DNA of 64,000 nt, from assembly GCA_951406725.2 (NCBI GenBank), contig OX597814.1, forward strand, positions 187,798,001 to 187,862,000, given 5' to 3'. Positions 62,876 through 64,000 of this stretch are shown here, in pieces. A program made the position numbers and the translations under genes. Each line of letters starts with the position of its first letter. The first letter of the stretch is position 1. The notes beneath the pieces were generated by a model. It made no database searches. It saw only the letters and a list, made by a program, of their open reading frames with translations, and had not been told where the DNA came from. The DNA comes from Octopus vulgaris (Eukaryota).

Positions 62876-63535
62876 ATCGTCGTCATCATCATCATCATTA
62901 TTATTTCATTGTATACCCGTTGCAAAACTTCGTCTCATGCACAGCTTAGAGTGTTCGTTTAAGTTAATAACCAATATGAAAAGTTTGATTCGTTCTTTGT
63001 ATAAGTTTGTGGCTTTGTGCCAATATCAGTTATTTTGCTGGTAATTAATTATTCGACGACGAAACACCCGCAGCTGTAGAGTGTCAGCCGAAAGATATAA
63101 TATTCGGTGTTTATCCTTCCAGATTCGAATTTCGACAGTGTATATTTTTACTTTTCATTCCAGCCTTCCGTATCTCTAATATACACTATTCGATACAGTC
63201 GACTGTACATAGTGCTCCTTCAAAAAACGAAAATCAAAATGGATTTATACTGAGTGGAATATCCATTACATTATCAGAGAAAATTATTTGCGTTCCTGAT
63301 TTGACGTAATAAAAATCTATTGCGATAGTCCTAGCAAAACTTGTGTTCCGATTTCCATGAATGTTATGCAAGGGAGAAAACTCCATCTTTGGATGCGTTT
63401 TTATGCTCTCCCCTGTTAAAAAAAAATGCGCAAAACTTGAAATGATCTGAAAGTATTTTGAAAAACGTTCTGCATTTCTTTTGATCAGTGTTTCTTGACC
63501 TTTTCTTTTTTGCATCCTCCACTTTATAAACTCAC

Positions 63536-63553
63536 CTTCTTGATTCCCGTCCC
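63536..63553 (-). other. Candidate 18-nt microexon
   Basis: Minus strand cttttttttttaatcatacacAG|GGGACGGGAATCAAGAAG|GTGAGT, with consensus splice sites in unique sequence and no stop in any frame. Confidence 0.35.
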
Positions 63554-63680
63554 CTGTGTATGATTAAAAAAAAAAGTACTCTTGTTTACAACTCATTTGC
63601 ATAAAAATGTAATTTTTATTTAAAAATTAAATGGTGAGTTCATAGTGTTTTGCATCTGTGCTATTCTGTACTACAGAGTA

Positions 63681-64000
63681 CATCATCATCATCATCGTTT
63701 AACGTCCGCTTTCCATGCTAGCATGGGTTGGACGATTTGACTGAGGTCTGGCGAACCAGAAGGCTGCACTAGGCTCCAATCTTGATCTGGGAGAGATTCT
63801 ACAGCTGGATACCCTTCCTAATGCCAACTTCTCTGAGAGTGTAGTGGGTCCTTTTACGTGCCACCGGCACGAGGGCCAGTCAGGCAGCACTGGCAATGGC
63901 CACACTCAAATGGTGCTTTTTATGTGCCACCTGCACAGGAGCCAGTCCAGCGGCACTGGCAACGACTTTGCTCGAATGTTTTTTCACGTGCCACCAGCAC
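63681..64000 (-). mobile_element. RTE 3'UTR copy (family B), runs off the window
   Basis: (CAT)n followed by CGTTTAACGTCCGCTTTCCATGCTAGCATGGGTTGG. Confidence 0.85.

Overview
This is a eukaryotic, AT-rich, repeat-dominated window. Its SINE/LINE and microsatellite landscape is typical of an octopus (coleoid cephalopod) genome; the taxon is inferred from repeat content only. One host gene is confidently readable: a two-exon sulfiredoxin (SRXN1-like, FGGCHR motif) at 18623/18737-18874 joined to 31219-31428 across a ~12.3 kb intron, with a possible mitochondrial-presequence N-terminal extension. The rest is largely decayed mobile DNA: several tRNA-derived SINE families, RTE, CR1 and R4/Dong LINE fragments, two Ty3/gypsy relics with tRNA-Trp primer sites, a mariner pseudogene, piggyBac/hAT/Merlin-like MITEs, Helitron-type elements and Penelope-like (PLE) remnants in (TA)n tracts. 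The most unusual signals are: (i) four PLE-type minimal hammerhead ribozyme motifs with non-canonical cores, (ii) one 3' tail module attached to three different Pol III heads including a full-length tRNA-Glu, (iii) a SINE that recurs as precise ~181-bp head-to-tail multimers, and (iv) frame-preserving candidate microexons on the minus strand, hinting at a large host gene. Most ORFs in the supplied track are microsatellite or TE artefacts. Repeat boundaries were placed by eye and are approximate unless a TSD or TIR is quoted.
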